In this document: piece by piece, positions 31,053 through 32,000 of the stretch
Numbering within the stretch: the stretch's first letter is position 1
How the letters are laid out: each line of letters opens with the position of its first letter
Assembly (NCBI GenBank): GCA_964551375.1
Contig: CAZKBG010000001.1
Location: 360,001-392,000, forward strand
Direction of reading: 5' to 3'
Source: an uncultured archaeon
Lineage (GTDB): Archaea; Iainarchaeota; Iainarchaeia; Iainarchaeales; JAAZKV01
Length of the DNA: 32,000 nucleotides
Position numbers and translations under genes: made by a program
Notes under the pieces: model-generated
Databases searched by the model: none
What the model saw: the letters and a program-made list of their open reading frames with translations, nothing else
Told to the model about the DNA's origin: nothing

Positions 31053-32000
31053 TTAACTTGCAGGCTGGCGCGAATCAAGCGAAATATTTTCTATTGAAGC
31101 GGCTTTATTGTTGCACCTGAATACATAATAAGCGCCTGTGTATGAAGGTGTTTTAGTGCAAGTATCCCCATTGCATGTTAATGCAGAGCAGTTATTGTCC
31201 AAATCAACAGTGCAGTTCACTCCGCCCGAGTAACTTGCGCAGCAGTTAGAGCCAGTGCAGCATTTCTTGGTAACAAAAGGAAAAACGGTTCTATTTGTGT
31301 CAGAACAATCAAGATACCCGCTCACAAGGTTTGTCAGAGTAAGCCCAGTGCGGGTCTTTCCGTGAATTGAACCAGCAATAGGGTCAACTATTATCTGTCC
31401 GTTTGTAGGAACAGCGCTTGAACTCCCAAGAGTCACATTATAATCATAAATTCCAATAGTCCAGTCCCTAAATTCTCTTCCATTATACCAGTATCCCGCG
31501 TTGTATATGCTTGTGCAAATGTCTCCAACCGAAGTTCCGTCTTTATTCTTCAGCCCTTCAAGGTCCAAAGCAACGTAAGAATAAGTGCTTCCATCTGTAG
31601 TCGACCTACAAGTCTTGCACATTATAATCTCGGACTGCGAGCAGCTCTTATCCCAGTCAAAATAAAAATTATGCGCGCATCTCCCAAGCTTGTATGTATT
31701 GATTTTGTAAGTGGAATTTAAAACTCCTGGGAAATTAGCCTCGTCTCCGTTAACTCCAGTAACTTTTGCAAATCTTCCTTCAAAAAGGGACTCCATTGCT
31801 TCTCCGAAGCCTCCAAAGAAATAATTTGTATCAGCAGCAAAAAATTCAAGCCCCTGAACGCTTGCAGAGTCAGCTCCCCTTGCAGAGTAATCCATAGTAG
31901 GATGAGTTCCGTTTGGATCAGCTAAATCTTTGTACGTATATCCAAGGCATCCAATTGCAATCTGCCTGTATAAAGGATTATTATATTGAGGAATTGAAGC
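31053..32000 (-). CDS. Cys-rich secreted/surface protein, N-terminus beyond window end
   Basis: The minus-strand frame stays open from the listed Met (31895) to nt 32000, so the CDS continues outside the window. Many Cys are present, including CCTGSNCCASYSGGVNCTVDLDNNCSALTCNGDTCTK. It lies 58 nt upstream of the GLUG gene on the same strand. No family recognised. Confidence 0.6.
   Translation of the reverse strand, partial: ASIPQYNNPLYRQIAIGCLGYTYKDLADPNGTHPTMDYSARGADSASVQGLEFFAADTNYFFGGFGEAMESLFEGRFAKVTGVNGDEANFPGVLNSTYKINTYKLGRCAHNFYFDWDKSCSQSEIIMCKTCRSTTDGSTYSYVALDLEGLKNKDGTSVGDICTSIYNAGYWYNGREFRDWTIGIYDYNVTLGSSSAVPTNGQIIVDPIAGSIHGKTRTGLTLTNLVSGYLDCSDTNRTVFPFVTKKCCTGSNCCASYSGGVNCTVDLDNNCSALTCNGDTCTKTPSYTGAYYVFRCNNKAASIENISLDSRQPAS

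Noticed and set aside
1-32000. Whole-window scan for CRISPR arrays, tRNA/rRNA genes, integrases/transposases and prophage modules
   Set aside because: No regularly spaced direct repeats were found. No T-loop (GGTTCGAATCC-like) or rRNA-like conserved stretches occur in any spacer. No recombinase, capsid or terminase motifs appear in any translated ORF. This was a by-eye scan, so short or divergent elements could have been missed.

Overview
AT-rich, gene-dense 32-kb window that reads as chromosomal DNA of a small-genome archaeon. This is an inference from several archaeal hallmarks: a DRG/TGS GTPase, a short Mtq2/HemK-type methylase, a RecJ/GAN-like DHH nuclease, a COG3432-type wHTH, and a class III (type IV pilin-like) signal peptide A|QGTIEYL. 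The lineage looks DPANN-like but cannot be verified here. All calls rest on motifs read by eye in the supplied translations; no searches were run.

Confidently recognised genes:
- Bacterial-type NER genes uvrB, uvrC and uvrA, spread over about 10 kb.
- Pyruvate phosphate dikinase.
- DRG GTPase and Mtq2-like methyltransferase.
- A membrane-anchored single-HKD PLD/Nuc nuclease, a TatD hydrolase and a CYTH protein.
- A radical-SAM DNA modification/repair protein with a C-terminal HhH.
- An OB-fold RecJ-like DHH/DHHA1 nuclease.
- An ArsM-type As(III) methyltransferase.
- A RelE-type toxin-antitoxin cassette.
- A GLUG-repeat surface protein carrying an archaeal pilin signal.

About a third of the window encodes unrecognised membrane or secreted proteins. 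I found no rRNA, tRNA, CRISPR array, transposase or integrase.

Most worth a second look:
1. An unrecognisable, very basic 282-aa protein wedged between uvrC and uvrA.
2. A 25-codon Lys-rich/Cys-cluster micro-ORF (CGCSCCC) with a strong SD just downstream of arsM. The ArsM N-terminus carries the same CGCSC motif.
3. A tightly coupled lipoprotein / membrane protein / truncated PEP-utilising swivel-domain operon.
4. A 750-nt gene-poor stretch upstream of arsM with duplicated mini-ORFs and a long perfect hairpin.
5. The pilin-signal GLUG adhesin and its Cys-rich secreted neighbour at the window end.

None of these can be shown to be a new system from sequence alone.
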